Of a stretch of DNA of 64,000 bases, positions 13,420-26,687 are shown piece after piece (the stretch's first letter is position 1; the number at the start of each line of letters is the position of its first letter). Both the position numbers and the translations under genes were made by a program. The notes beneath the pieces are model-generated. The model worked only from the letters and a program-made list of their open reading frames with translations, searched no databases and was not told the DNA's origin. Origin of the DNA: Nymphaea colorata. Taxonomy: Eukaryota. The stretch covers positions 9,672,001-9,736,000 of the forward strand of contig NC_045138.2 of NCBI RefSeq assembly GCF_008831285.2, written 5' to 3'.

Positions 13420-15150
13420 GACTTTTATAAAATGTTAACTTAAGTTCATGTGTCTCCTAAGTTAGGTTTATAAATAAAATGTGTATGCATTGGTATAAGA
13501 CCAAAACTCCCCCATGTGCAAGAACTAAACTTATGGGTCTCATGGGTAGGCTGACCAAACTGAAAGGTGCAAAAAGGAGCGAAAAGGTGATGTACAAAAT
13601 TTTACCGAAAATTGATGGATACTAAAATGAGTCATTTTAGAGTGATGTTTGGGAGCAGAACAAAAACTTTAATTTCAGGGCACATTAGTCTGATTTGGAG
13701 TTGAAAATACTCCACCTAAGAATATTTGATTGCAATAGTGTAAAACAATTGAAAACCCAATTCCTAGATTAACCAGAATTTACTTCAAATGGATGAGTTG
13801 TACCGAAGTGAGATGTTTGGAGCTTGACAACTCTTAGTAAATTTGTAGTTTTGTAAATGTATTCAAATAGAAATGGTCAAGTGAATTTGAAGTAAAAAAG
13901 ACTTAGATTGAGCATTGAAAAACATATTCCTAGCTCAAAGTGAGCGAAAATGTTCAAGATTGAGAGAATTTTAGCTGGGGCCTATCACAATGGGTGAGAT
14001 AGTGTCATTCTGATTTTAAAACAGCTGCTTTAGAAATTAGATTTGAACCCTAAAACTGAAAATATCTCAAGAAATGCTCTGTTCGCATTGAGGAGAATTT
14101 GTGTTGAGCTCGGTCAGGTCTAACAAGGTTTTGGTGATTCTGAAATGGTAGCTGAGTGACTTAGTGAGCTGATAAGGTTAGAGTGAGCTGATTCTGAGTT
14201 AGGAAAGCCTAATAGACATACTCTAATGACTCCTAAAGACTTCTAAAGGTGATAATTATCTCAATTGCTCAAGTGTTAGGCCATTCACACAGTTCTGATG
14301 AAATTATCTATTTCAGAGCTAGGACAGCAAGTCATAGGGACAAAATGATCATCCTTGGGCAGCAGCCAAGGTGATCTTGGTCTGGGTGTTTAGTGCCAGA
14401 ATGAAATGCTCAAACTTGATTAAAAAAATGACCTGCACTTATGAAATCTTGCTTTTGAAAGCCAACCTGAAGCCTCTTTGAAAAAGGTAAACTAATCAAT
14501 TGAACTTGTGAAAATTTGGGATGTTCACATATGCTCATTTTTGCTATTAAATAGATGAAACCATGTTTAGTGGCAAAGACAAAACATACCAAATCTTGAA
14601 GTAAAAATGCTTCAATTTGAGGCAAATTCTTGGTTTCAAAAATCATGTTTAGAGAAAAAAAAACTTTGATATTAAAATAAAAATGTCCCCATTTGAATAT
14701 TGGTGCAAAGTTATTTGGAAATGCTTGTGAAAATTTTGGTGTTTGATAAAAGTTCCTTTATCCAGTCACCTTGTATCTTGCAATACTTCATGTGATTTCA
14801 TCCCTTTAGAAACTAGAATTTTTTTAGCCTATGCCACCAAGCCCTTCAAAATATTGTCTTTCTGTTTACAAGAGATGAAGAAGAGTCATTCTCTATGTCA
14901 TGGAGCTCATTAGCAATGAAGTTGTCACTAGCCTGACTTCCTTATATTCACAAGGGGGATTCTATTTCCATCTGAGGATCATAATGTAGGCAACCTTGGC
15001 TTTTTTGGCAAACACCCTTTTCCTGTTTTCTCTTTTTTTCATGGCCTTTTGACTCTTCATTTTCTTTTCTTGACCTTCCCTTTTATGTTGACCTTTGCCT
15101 ACAGGGCAAATACCTCACCACCCTATAGGCTACTACATGGCTTCATAATG
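13420..15150. repeat. Diverged direct copy of the region at ~15-2450 (possible old LTR)
   Basis: Colinear shared blocks: taacttaag(c/t)tcatgtg..taagttaggttt (~23 and ~13436); aattgctcaa(a/g)tgttagg (~1324 and ~14263); tacctcaccacc..gctactac (~2406 and ~15111). Confidence 0.6.
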
Positions 15151-15818
15151 TTCACCATCACTCAACCAGACTGGGCAAATACCTCACCACCCTATAGGCT
15201 ACTACATGGCTTCATAATGTTCACCATCACTCAACCAGACTTGCCAATTCTTCAAACTCCCACTATGACACATTCGAGCACTGTCAAAAGGATTCTTTGA
15301 TACATCAAAAGCACTTATCATTATGGGCTAATGCTTATTGCTCATTCAGATGTTCATTGGGAAAGTTGTCCCAATGATTGAAGCTTCACCAGTTGGCATG
15401 CCATCTACTAGCATCCAAAATGGGTATCATGGAGATCGAAAAAACAAAAAATTGTTGCTCGGTCCTCTACAGAAACCGAACACAAGTATGTTGCTACTAC
15501 TACTATTGAGTTATCTTGGGTCCAGTATCTCTTGACTGATTTAGGATCACCAATACTACCACCTATGTGCTTCGGTGTGACAATGTCAATGCAATCTTCA
15601 TGTCGATTCATCATATATTTTATCATAAAAAGTAACCTTGTTGAGATAGATGTCTATTTTCTCAAAGATATAGTTGCATCAAAGCAACTCCCTATCAATT
15701 ACATTTTTAGCTCTCATCAAATCATTGATTCGCTAATAAAGGCTCTTCCAGTCCAACATTTTCTTCAGCTGAAATCGAAACTCAATGTCCTGCTTAGCAC
15801 CTTGAGTTTGAGGAGGGA
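15150..15818 (+). pseudogene. Decayed Ty1/Copia RT end and RNase H, ending in a PPT
   Basis: Fragments translate as FTITQPDL, TVKRIL*YIK, SWRSKKQKIVARSSTE and VEIDVYFLKD..HQIIDSLIKAL. The PPT ttgaggaggga is followed by TG at 15819, the probable LTR start. Confidence 0.85.
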
Positions 15819-16274
15819 TGATAGTCTAAAGGTAAATACGCTATTGACATGAAGAAGGCTACCTGCATTATGGGTTTCATGGTGGCAATAAATGATACCA
15901 TTATGGACCCCAAGAGGAATAGGGAAAATGGAACAAATGATCGGAGAAAGTGAGAAGGTTGTGGATTCCAATAAAAAAGATGAGGAAGTTAAACCTGCTC
16001 GAGGGACAATTGGAAATCTCTATAAAAATAGAAATTTATGTAAATTCATTGATTGTAAGACAGAGAAATCCCTCTCCAACTTCCTCAAGTAATCAAGCTC
16101 AGCAAGTTTGGCACTAAAAAGAGTAATTCTTTCAGGGGATTTGTAATGCTTTGCAAATCAAGATAAACTCGGCTCGAGGGTTTTGGGAGAGAGAAGCTCT
16201 TAGCGGGGGCGTCGAGTGGAGAAGAGGGTTCCTGGCAGGGGACCCCCGGCGCTCGCCGGGGGGATGGATATTGG

Positions 16275-16694
16275 TGGGCAGATGGATCTGGAGTCGACTT
16301 CCCCGAGCTAGGAAAAACTGGTGGAGTGACCACAACGGGTGGAGGTATGTGCGATAACTCCCAATGGTTCAGAGTGGAAGAAAAAAGGGGCATAATGTCA
16401 ATGGCTACTCCGAATGAGGGCTGTATGCAGCAGGGAGAAGGGGATGTCGATGACTCCACTCCAAGAAATGGGTCAAAGAGATGGGCAGATGGATCTGGAG
16501 TCGACTTCCCCGAGCTAGGAAAAACTAGTGGAGTGACCACAACGGGTGGAGGTATGTGCGATAACTCCCAACGGTTCAGAGTGGAAGAAAAAACGGGCAT
16601 AATGTTAATGGCTACTCCAAATGAGGGCTGTATGCAGCAGGGAGAAGGGGATGTCGATGACTCCACTCCAAGAAATGGGTCAAAGAGATGGGCA
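16275..16694 (+). repeat. 207-bp in-frame tandem duplication in LINE ORF1
   Basis: Near-identical units at 16275-16481 and 16482-16688 are bounded by tgggca. Confidence 0.95.
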
Positions 16695-17938
16695 AGTGTT
16701 GTAGCTAGCAGTTCTGAGTCAAAACTTGAGGGATGTCCAGCGGTGACGGTGGACAAATCTGGTGATGAACCAACAGTGGTTTTCCCAACATAGGCGTATA
16801 AAAAAATGGAGGACCAATACCGTTTCGCGGCTATTGCTGGCTTCTACGGAGGACGTTCGAGAATAGGTATGGACTATAGGTATGTTTTCCAAACCTTACA
16901 AAAGCTTTGGGTGAATGTTAGTTGTCCTACTTTTTCTGTCATTGGCAATGGGCAGTTCTTGGTGCGGGTGAACTCGGAGGAAGAACTCAGGGAGGTCCTA
17001 AGCAAAAAATGGGTTGTTGGGGGCCGTTTTTTATTACTAGTCATTGGAAGCCAGGAACAGAGATGCGATTGCATGAGGAGGATTCGCCTCCCCCAGCTTC
17101 CAATTCTTTTTGGAACTCGTATAGCTTTAAGGCCATCGCTCAAGGGTTGGGCACGTCCTTTGTTAGAGCAGATGAATGCACGATCCACAGAGACAAGCTG
17201 GGATTTGCTCGGTTGTGCATTGATGTTCCTCTCAACTTTAAACCGGTGTGATTTTGTCGTGTGTGTGGCACTACCTCGCACTTTGAGGAAGCTTATAAGA
17301 ACAAAGGTAATGCTGGTTCCCCAGCCGCTGATGAGCAGGCCTGGAATAAAGTTTTGGTCGTAAAAAAGGATAGAGGATGATTCCATAGGAATGGTTCTGG
17401 GGGGAGGGAGCCTCAGGCTAACAAATTTGCAATATTCAATATTCAGTGATCAACTGGATAAGTTGGTTGGGAATGACAGTCAGACTGATCGACAATTGGA
17501 AACTAGGCCATATAGTAAGGTTGAAGATGGGGGATCAACCTCTAGACAGCAAAATGAGGTTAGGAGGGATGGTGATCATGAGAGCAAAAAGTATATGATA
17601 AAAGGAACGAAAGGGGGGAAGGACATGATAGAGGGGCAAGGAGAGGAAAGAAAGACTGAAAGCAAAGAAAAACATATATCTAATCCCTTTCTCAGTCTTA
17701 CTCAGATAGTCACTAATGGCGTTGGTGACCAAGGAGGTCCATCGAGGTTCATGTTCGTAGCTGGGTCTAAGGAATCTTTCCCTGAAAAGGAGAAGGATGG
17801 CGATTTGTTTAGGATGGAGGGGCCTAAACGAGATCCAGTCAATGAGGGCCATCAAATGGCTGTAGCTGATGTTTAGCAGAGGTGGACAAGAAAGTCTACG
17901 AGGTTTGCTAGCAAGGGAAAAAAAGGACGGCCGCCAGC

Positions 17939-20482
17939 CAGGGGTGGAGGGAGGGGGGGCCCGCCCAGGCCATGGCCCAAGTGAGCACAACGAAAAAAAA
18001 ATTTATATTAAGAAAATGAAATTTTTGTAGTTTGGCCCAACCCGCAGATCTTCTTGGCCCGACCCGCTTTCACACATGACACTCTCTCTCGCTCGCTCCC
18101 TCTTTCACTGGCCCGCCCGATGGCCCCGACCCTCTTTCCCTTTCGCCCCTTTCTCTCCTGCTTACTCCCTCTCTGCTGCCCTACCCTCCCCTCTCTCTCT
18201 CTCGCTTGCTCCCCTCCTCTCTGGCCCACAACCACTGGCCCACAAGGCCACAACCACTGATAGCACAGGGCCCTCTCTATCGCGGGCTCCCTTCCTCCCT
18301 GTCCCTGCCCTGGCCCACAGACCACAACCACAGCAAGCAGTAGCAGCAGGTCGCCACTCGCCAGGTCCCTCTCTCTCGCTGGCTCCCTCCCTTTCTCCCT
18401 GCCCTGGCCCACAAATTGATGAAGGTGATAGATTTTCAGTTTCTTTTTTCTCCTTAATTTGTTTTTCTCTTTCTAAATAGATTAATCAAATGCAAGATTC
18501 CCTGGCGTTCTATTAGGAACTTCTTTTCCTTTTTGGGTAGTGGTAAATGAATACGTAGAGAGCAAAAAAATTGGGTGAAAAAAATCACCATTTTGTAAGC
18601 AAAGATGTTGTGGTTTCATTTCAATTGGGCTCCATTTCACGATCCCAAGCATACCATGTTATAAGAATTTAAACATTAAAATTACTACTTGATTTCAAGC
18701 TTGGGTGTTCGAAATTGAGGGCTTAGTCTATGAAATACTGCAAACATAGTGACGCTCGCGTTACAAATTTAATGGAAATCTTGCTTAAAGAACGACCAAT
18801 GTTTCCTGCTTTTCTTTTTCTAGAAATCAGTACTGTAGTCTGTAGTTATGGAAATCTTGCTTAAAGAACGACCAATGTTTCCTGCTCTTCTTTTTCTAGA
18901 AATCAGTACTGTAGTCTGTAGCCCTGTTGGTTTTTGCTTAACCTGTTTAGGTTGAGACTAAATAAAACTTGCTTTGGTTACTTAGCAACATAAAGTTTCG
19001 AGTTCATGAAATTGGGATCCTGTAGTGATTCTTGCTCTTATTTTTTGGAGTTGATGAAAATAGTCTCGCTGCAAAGTTCTTAGTTTGTAAGTATTCCAAT
19101 TCATCCCATGATCATACTTGCCAACAGTTGCTCCAATATGCTTTTATTAGATTTTGGAAATAAATACATATGTTTGCATATTTAAGATGGAATGTGATGA
19201 TGGAGCAAACTTGTTATGTCTTAAGAAATATTTATCCCCTGATAACCTGATCTGCTCTTTTCGACATAATTTGTTGAGAGCATTTCATGACAGTTGTTTT
19301 TAATATCAAATGGCAAAAACTTACATTCCATCACAGTTGTTCTTATGGGCTCAATTTTTTTTTTAATTTCTGAACACTTAATGTTTACAAGTGGAGAATT
19401 GTTCTACAGCTTTTGGTTGAATCATATTTGTTGCAGCAGGTCTGCGTGTGTGTGTGGTTCATTAATTCTTGATTTGATCATTTAAACATCTTCTATGAGA
19501 AAAGTGCAGTCAACAATTGTCTCATGCTAGAGTATGATGTTAATGGTATAAGACATTGAAATTGATGTGAAGAGTTCAAATCAAAAGAAGCCATTGATTA
19601 GTAACTGAGTAAGATGGGGAAAAAAAGTAAGAGGTAGGCTTACACTGATGATTAGGTACACATCTAGTGATGTATTTGTATCTTGGGATACTTTGTTGCT
19701 TTTTGGAAAGTTAGTGCATCTACTTTGTCTGGAAAGACAAGCAATGCAAAGACACACACTATTGGGTTTGTATATATCTAAAATGTTTAAATCTTATTGT
19801 TTATTTTAAATTTCAGGTTTTCATGCTCGCTTATTAAGAAGATGATGAAAAATATTCAAGATTATTTAAAAAAGAAAACAAGTTATTGATCAAGAGGGAG
19901 AAAACCAAAAGGAAAGAAACCAAGGAGGAGAAAACCAAGAGGGAGAAAACTAAAATGTTGGTTGTTCTAGTCTGAAAGCTCTTGATCTTGTTCTTTTTTA
20001 CTCAGATTCTCCACCTTTTAAGTATTCAAAAATTAAAACTGCAGAAAGCATCGTGCGTGATTCAGGGTTGCGACTTGCGATGTCCTACGTAGAAAGAATA
20101 CAAAACTTGTTGTTTTAGGTAAGTAACATGTTTTGGTTTTAAAGTTTATAGATGTATTTGTTTGTTATATTTTGATTGTTATATTCATATCTCTACCTTA
20201 TGTTCACTGCTCACACTTACGTCACTGTAATAGAAATAGAGCACCTTATTTGTTGAGGACAGATCGTGCTTTGTGCTAATGACACAAGCAATTATTAAAT
20301 GTATCGTAGGACAGGTCACGCTTCACGTTCATGACGTGGGCAGGTTGTATATGACATATGTTCACTTCTACTATACTGTCGTTTGCAAATATGATCTAAA
20401 GTGTGTGACTATATATATATATATATTATTATAGTTCGTTGGGTTTGGCCCGCCCCTGAAAAAAATCCTGGCTCCGCCCCTG
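17939..20482 (+). mobile_element. Non-autonomous hAT DNA transposon inserted in LINE ORF1
   Basis: A perfect 8-bp TSD ccgccagc lies at 17931-17938 and 20483-20490. The terminal inverted repeats (TIRs) are CAGGGGTGGAG and CAGGGGCGGAG. A transposase N-terminal remnant, IVRDSGLR (RDPGLR-like), sits near 20050. Confidence 0.9.
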
Positions 20483-20678
20483 CCGCCAGCCACATTAGTT
20501 TCCTTGGAAGATGCACTTGCGCACAGATGTTATGGCACCAAGAAAAGAAAGAAGGCAATTGAAAATTTGAGTAATGCCCTAGTTGATCTCCCCCAAGGAG
20601 AGGTTAATGACGGGAATGAAATTGGAAGGGTCCTTGAGACTGATGGTATGGTTGCAGAGACTTTGACCACTCCTACTC

Positions 20679-23600
20679 ATGAATATATTTAGTTGGAATA
20701 TCAAACGGCTTGCGAAGAGGCCTGCGCAACAATAATTGAATCTTATTTTCAATAAGTGTAACCCTTCCATTGGGTTTGTTCTTGACTCGATGATTTCCAC
20801 TCATAGGGTGAAAGTAATCATGGATAGATACCACAAATATAAATATGTGACTAACGCTGTCGGTCTTGATGGTGTAGTTAGAGTTCTTTGTGTGTGGAAA
20901 GAGAAGGAGATGGAAGCTTCTTATGTGGTTACCAATCACAACTGGGTTGGTGTCTCCTTTCGTATGTTAACCGGCAATAAAGTCTTTGTTGTCTTTGATG
21001 TATATTTACCGCCAAGGTTTGGGGAATGGTTGCAGAGCCTTTATCAATTAGAGGCTCTTGTTTCTAGAGTTGATGGGCTAGTGTTGTTAATTGGCAACTT
21101 CAATGCCATGTTGAGCAGCCGTAATAAATCGGGATCAGTTCCTTTAGCTGCTTCTTGCATTTCCTTTAGTCGATTCATCTATGCTTGCAAGCTTAAGGAG
21201 GTCGAAGACAGTAACAAGAAGTTCATGTGGTCGAATCATAAACAAAGGCAGGACTCTGTGTAGTGTAAACTAGATTGGTGTCTGGTCAACAATGAGTGGC
21301 AGATCGCTTTTGGTGGAGAGGGCAGCTTTAAGGTTCAGACATCAGCCTTTTCATACCACAGTGTGCTTTTATATCATATCAGAGACACTATAGATGATTC
21401 TCAAGGTAAGAAGCCGTTTAGATTCTTTAGGCCTTGGTTGATGAGCAAGGAAAGCAAGGTGGTGATGCTCGATGTTTGGAGAGGCGAGGTTAGAGGGTGC
21501 CCCATGATGCGCCTCCTGGTCAAGCTGAATAGACTGAGAAGGGCCCTTTTAGTATGGAATACTAATTCCTTTGGAAACCTTAGTAATAACATTGCCAACC
21601 TTCAAAACAGGTTGGAGGGTTGCAGGGAGTGTGTGGAACAAGGTATTGAAGGAGCAATTGATGAAGAGCACAGCGTGAGGAAGCAGTTACCTCAGGCCCT
21701 CCTCATGGAAGAGGTAATGTGGAAGCAAAGATATCGTATTCGTTGGCTTGCGGAGGGTGATAAAAACACACCCTTTTTTCATCCGATGGCTAAATCTAGG
21801 CAAGCTAAATGAAAGATTACTAGCCTAGAATGTGAGGGCACATAATATGTTCAAAGTGGGAAGATTCTTGAAGTGTGCACTGACTATTTTCGAAACGTTC
21901 TAGCTACTGATGTAGGGCAAGGTAGATTATTTGAGGACATTGATCGCATACCTAAGGTCACAAATGATGACAATGAACAACTTTTAAAGCCTATCTTGGA
22001 GGAGGAGGTGACTGCAGCTATGTGGAGTTTAGACAAGGATAGTGCCGCTGGTCCGGATGGTTTCCCTAATTATTTTATCAGGAGTATTGGGCGATGGTGA
22101 ACATTGATGTGGTGAAGGTTGTGTAAGACTTCTTCACGTCTGGGAGAATTGTGAGGAGTGTCAATGAGATCACAATTTGCCTCATTTCAGAAAGAGAATT
22201 CTAAGAAAGTTGAGGATTTCAGACCCATCTCCTTGTGCAACTCTATTTATAAAATCATTACGAAGGTCATTGTTAATAGGACGAAGGACATCCTTGGTTG
22301 TATTATTAATGTTAACCAAGCAACCTTTTTGAAAGATAGACACATCCATGATAACATTTTGTGGGTGAATGAGACCATCAATGTTTAAAGTTGGACTTGA
22401 TGAAAGCTTATGATAGAGTTTCGTGGGCCTTCTTAGCTACCAGTATGAAGTTTTTGGGGTTCCATGCCAAATGGATTGATACTATCTTGAGGTGTATCAC
22501 CTCCGTGTCGTATACAGTTCTGGTAAATGGCAGGATGGGTGAGAAATTTGACGGGAGGCGCGGACTGTGACAAGGTGATCCTTTATGCCCCTATCTTTTC
22601 CCGATTGTTATGGAGATGTTCAATAGACGTCTTACCAAGGAAACAATTAGTAAAAACATCTTTGTTCCTAAAATTCAGCATGTGAGGCCGAATGGTTGTG
22701 CTATGTTGTTTGCTGACAATGTGATTATGTTGGTCAAGGCCACCAAGCGAATTATCAACACTATTGATGTTATTTTGAAGGACTTTGAATATTTTGCAGG
22801 TATTAAGGTGAACAAGCAAAAGTCAGAGATTTTTGTTAGAACCATGGTGGATTGTCACATGTTGAAAATTCATAGAATCCTACAATGGCCTAATGGGGAT
22901 CTTTCTTCATAGTACCTAGGGCTCCCCTTGTTTTTGGGAAACCTTACTGAAGATCTGTGCTTACCACTTCTCACTAACGTGGAAAAGAGGTTGGCTGGAT
23001 GGAAGGCTCGGATTTTGTCCTATGTGGGGCGGTTATGTCTCATCCGTTATGTGCTGATGACATTGCCCTACTACTAGATGATGGCGTTTCAATTGCCAAA
23101 TGTTGTGTTAAAGAAAATAAAGCAAGCTTGTATCAAATTTATGTGGAATGAGGGAGAGGGTACACGTCACATGCATCTTGTTAAATGGGATAGACTGCGC
23201 ATGCTGGTTGAGGAAGGAGGAGTTGGTATTAGAAGATTAGAAGAAGTGAATAGAGCGTTACTTGCTAGCAGATGTTGTCGGCTTTCGACCTACATTTATA
23301 AGGATAAGTATTTGAGCCACCATAGTCCTTGGACCTTAAAAAAAGCTCCTAACTAAAGCTGGGGCTAGAAAGGACTGCGTTGGGGTTGGAGTTGGATCCA
23401 GGACAAAGTGGAGTGGAAGATTGGTAATGGGGAACGGACCAGATTTTGGATTGATCGTTGGTTGGGGCAAGTGCTCTTAAATAGAGTTGATGCAAATGGG
23501 TATTCATTGCCTTGTAGGGAGTTTAAGATCAGTATTCGAGAGGTTACTTGTGGGAGGCAGAATAGTCAGTCTTTTGCCATTGCTAGGAGTCTTGGAGTGT

Positions 23601-24560
23601 CCATTGATAACATTAGGCTTATGGAGACTAAGGAGAAGCTAGTTTGGAGTGAGGATGGTAAGGTGGTTTTCAAAGCTGGTGAGATAATCGAGAAGTGTCA
23701 AACTCAGGGTGTTAAAGAGTGGTGGCGGAAGAAGATTTGGCTAGCTACGCTAAGGCCAAGAGCTACTGGCACACCTACATTGCCTGCGCAGGTAGACTTC
23801 CCACTTTTGATAGACTTCAGAAAGCTGGAATTCATCTTGCCAATCGTTGTCCATTGTGCCTTTGTGCGGAGGAGACTAATGGCCATGTCTTAATTAAGTG
23901 TAAAGTAGCCAAGGAAGTATGACGGTATGTTGCCGCAAAGTTTGGTTGAGTGAAGTTTCCCCAAGGTGAGATTGTTACTGAGTTCCAAAGATGGTTACAA
24001 GCTAGGATTTCAGTGAAGTGGAGACGGCGGTGCTGGAGAGTGTCCTTCTTAGTTGTTTGTTGGAGCTTGTAGTGCCTAAGAAAAAGATGCTTCCATGACA
24101 GCCTTCAATCCCAGATTGGTAGGATCAAAAGAGAGGTCTGGAGGAACTTCATAGATAGTTTTTTTTTCTGCCAATTGGCGGCCGCCTAAGGTTCTACAGA
24201 AATTGAAAATTTGGTTGGAAGCTGGGCTCTACAGTGTTGACACTATTGTCTCCAGTAGAAGTGGTATGGTTATTAACATTGTTAGAGCTCATACCAGGCA
24301 TGGACCGAGAATAGCTGGATTAAGCTATGAGGATAATGGTCAATTGGGTTGTATCGTCATTATCAAGGACCGAAGTAGAATCCATGAGGGTGAAATGGTA
24401 GCAATGGAACACATTCTTAGATTCCATAAGGAATATGGTGGTGACTATATTATCATCTCCCCAACTAAAGAATGGGTGAGAAAAGCTACTTAGTCGTTGG
24501 AAGGGAGAAGGACGAATGTTGGCTGGGCTAGGTGTTTTAACCAAATTCAGGGGAGAATTT
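20679..24560 (+). pseudogene. LINE ORF2 (endonuclease, RT, zf-RVT, possible RNase H), disrupted
   Basis: Successive ORF fragments from 20736 to 24493 carry L1 ORF2 motifs. Confidence 0.9.
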
Positions 24561-25480
24561 CAATGAAACAGGGTGATGCTATAGTTGATTTAGGCCGTGG
24601 GTGATGCTATAGTTGATTTAGGCCGTCTGATCATGGAACATGCCCATGAGCCCAATGACTATTTTGCTTACTTCAATGTATAGACATAGTTTGGTGGATC
24701 CATTTTGTTGCAATAAAGGAAGGGGGCCTAACCCCCAAGCAAGCTTTTACTTCAATGGAACCTACCCACAAGAGCCATGTGGAGTGGGTAAGAAATTGTG
24801 GGGATGCAGAAGTATCTCTTCAAACCACGTTAAAAATGACTTTTGTTTTCTCCTCTTTATTTGACATCTTTCAACAGATGCATCGTACAGTTGTACATTC
24901 TCAAGAAATTGTCCAATTTGTTTTTCCAGTTTATCAGAATACAGCATTCAATCTGTTGTTCCAATTTTATCAGAATACAACATTGCAGAATTCTGTCACT
25001 GATTTAATCGGTGAGGCAACGTTCGTTGCTGATGCTAGGGATGCCTGTTTAGCGTCGGAGTTTCAAACTTAAATGAGAAACTATAATAACGCTTATTCAT
25101 GCTACTAAATACAAAACTTGTTCTATATATCTTAATATCTACACCAAGCAAAATGTACGACATTTTCAAAAAAGAATGTGCAAAGAGGATTGTTTAGTTT
25201 TGTACCTTATTTTTATTTTCTCAACTCTAGCGCTGGTGTCTCCACTATGTATATATGATTTGGAAGACAAATTGCCAAAGTTTGCCAACTATTTCTCCAA
25301 TTCGCCATAATGGCTATGAGCTCCCATTTTTCTTTATTGTTTCTAACCATTTCATAATTTAGCTATCTCTATTATCTTTTTTCACTTCTTTGGTGCTTTT
25401 GTTCAATTGAATTAAGGGTTCAATACGTATCTAGTATTTTCAATGCATCGTTCTTTCATAGTTACTCTTTTCCTCTTTAA

Positions 25481-26491
25481 CCTGTGTTTGATAGCCTTGG
25501 ACCTAAGATCCAAGGTCGGATTTACTAAGTAAATCTGAGGTTTTTCAAACCATAGGTTTAAGAACCGTGGATTTCAGATCCATGAGAAAGCTGAATTCCA
25601 TGGATCTGAAAACAGAGAGGGTCCAATTTCAAGTGGGGATTTCAAATCCATGAAATCCATGCATGAAGTCTTGGCGGGACTCTTCCGGTAATTGTGACAA
25701 GGGTCTCTATCACCGGCGAAACCAAAGAGCGATGAAACAAAACAAAAACAGATAAAGAGAAAAGAGGAAGGGCTTAATGAGCAAATGTGCCATACAACAA
25801 CAATGTCAGCGAGAAAAAAATGTTACAAGCAAAATCACGGGTATAAAAACAACCTCGTTTGCACTTCTATTGAAATTAATACAATTCACATAGAAATTAA
25901 CAACTCATAAAGAATTAATACAACTCACAGAGAAGGAGAAAACGTGGCGAGCAAACGCCTCAAAAATATCCCCAAAAGGGCTGATTGCAGAGAGGACTGT
26001 GGATGGGGGGGGGTGGGGCGCTGGAAAAGAAAAAAAACTTTTTGACTAAGGTGGTTGCGGGTTACAAAGAAGAATTAAAAAAAAAAAATTCCTCGACCTC
26101 CATCGAGGGTTTTCCAAAAATAGGAAAACCCCAACCGCCATGGCTGAGGGTTTTCCAAAAAATGACCGCCATGGCTGAGGGTTTTCCAAAAAATGAAAAC
26201 CTTCGGCCATGATGGGCTAGAGAGAGAGAGAGAGAGAGAGATCTTGATGAAAGTCGCCGAAAGGACCTGTTCGGTCTGCTCGCCGTCATCTCGTGGTCGA
26301 CACTGGTCGCCCTTTCCTACTTGATAACTTCATAGCTTGTCACTCTCCTCCAACCACCTAAAAGCATACAGGCAGATTTTTGGATACATCGTCCTCATCT
26401 ATGGAAAATTCGTTGTGTCCCACAACTGCCTCTTATCACTTGAAGGCAGAGAGAGGATGAGTGGGAGCTCGAGTGAACCCATCAAACAAAG
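25481..26491. mobile_element. PIF/Harbinger-like MITE (degenerate)
   Basis: The ends are taa|cctgtgtttgatag and ccatcaaacaaag. These resemble the element at 37850-38317. Confidence 0.45.
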
Positions 26492-26507
26492 TTTTTTAAA
26501 ACCCTAA

Positions 26508-26687
26508 GGTGTCGTTTGGCTGCAAGAACATTACATTCGTATTTTAAGAATTGACCGTATTTTAAGAATTTACAAAAAGATTGAGACAGATTTATAAAAC
26601 ATTAAAAATAATGTTTTATGAATCTAGTTCAATTTTTGAAGTACATTCATGAAACACATACAAAGAATGTTTGTTGCAAAACAACAT
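26508..26687. mobile_element. Tourist-like MITE
   Basis: Imperfect TIRs ggtgtcgtttggctgcaagaacatt and aatgtttgttgcaaaacaacat are each flanked by TAA. Confidence 0.6.

Larger units (their letters stand above)
16184..24750 (+). mobile_element. Decayed near-full-length L1-type LINE (ends approximate)
   Basis: ORF1 pieces at 16326-17400 are DUF4283-like (GNGQFLVR..KKWVVGGR; DKLGFARLCIDV). ORF2 starts near 20679 and includes endonuclease (GNFNA, KPFRF), RT (AGPDGF, FRPISLCN, QGDP, LFADN) and zf-RVT (CPLC..ETNGHVLIKC) motifs, with many stops. Confidence 0.9.

Noticed and set aside
16085..16756. 223-aa minus-strand ORF with an internal repeat
   Set aside because: It is the antisense shadow of LINE ORF1 and its 207-bp duplication.
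16165..24750. LINE target-site duplication and poly(A) tail
   Set aside because: The candidate flanks (..cgagggtttt and ..caagctttt) are too dissimilar and no clear A-tail is present, so the ends remain approximate.
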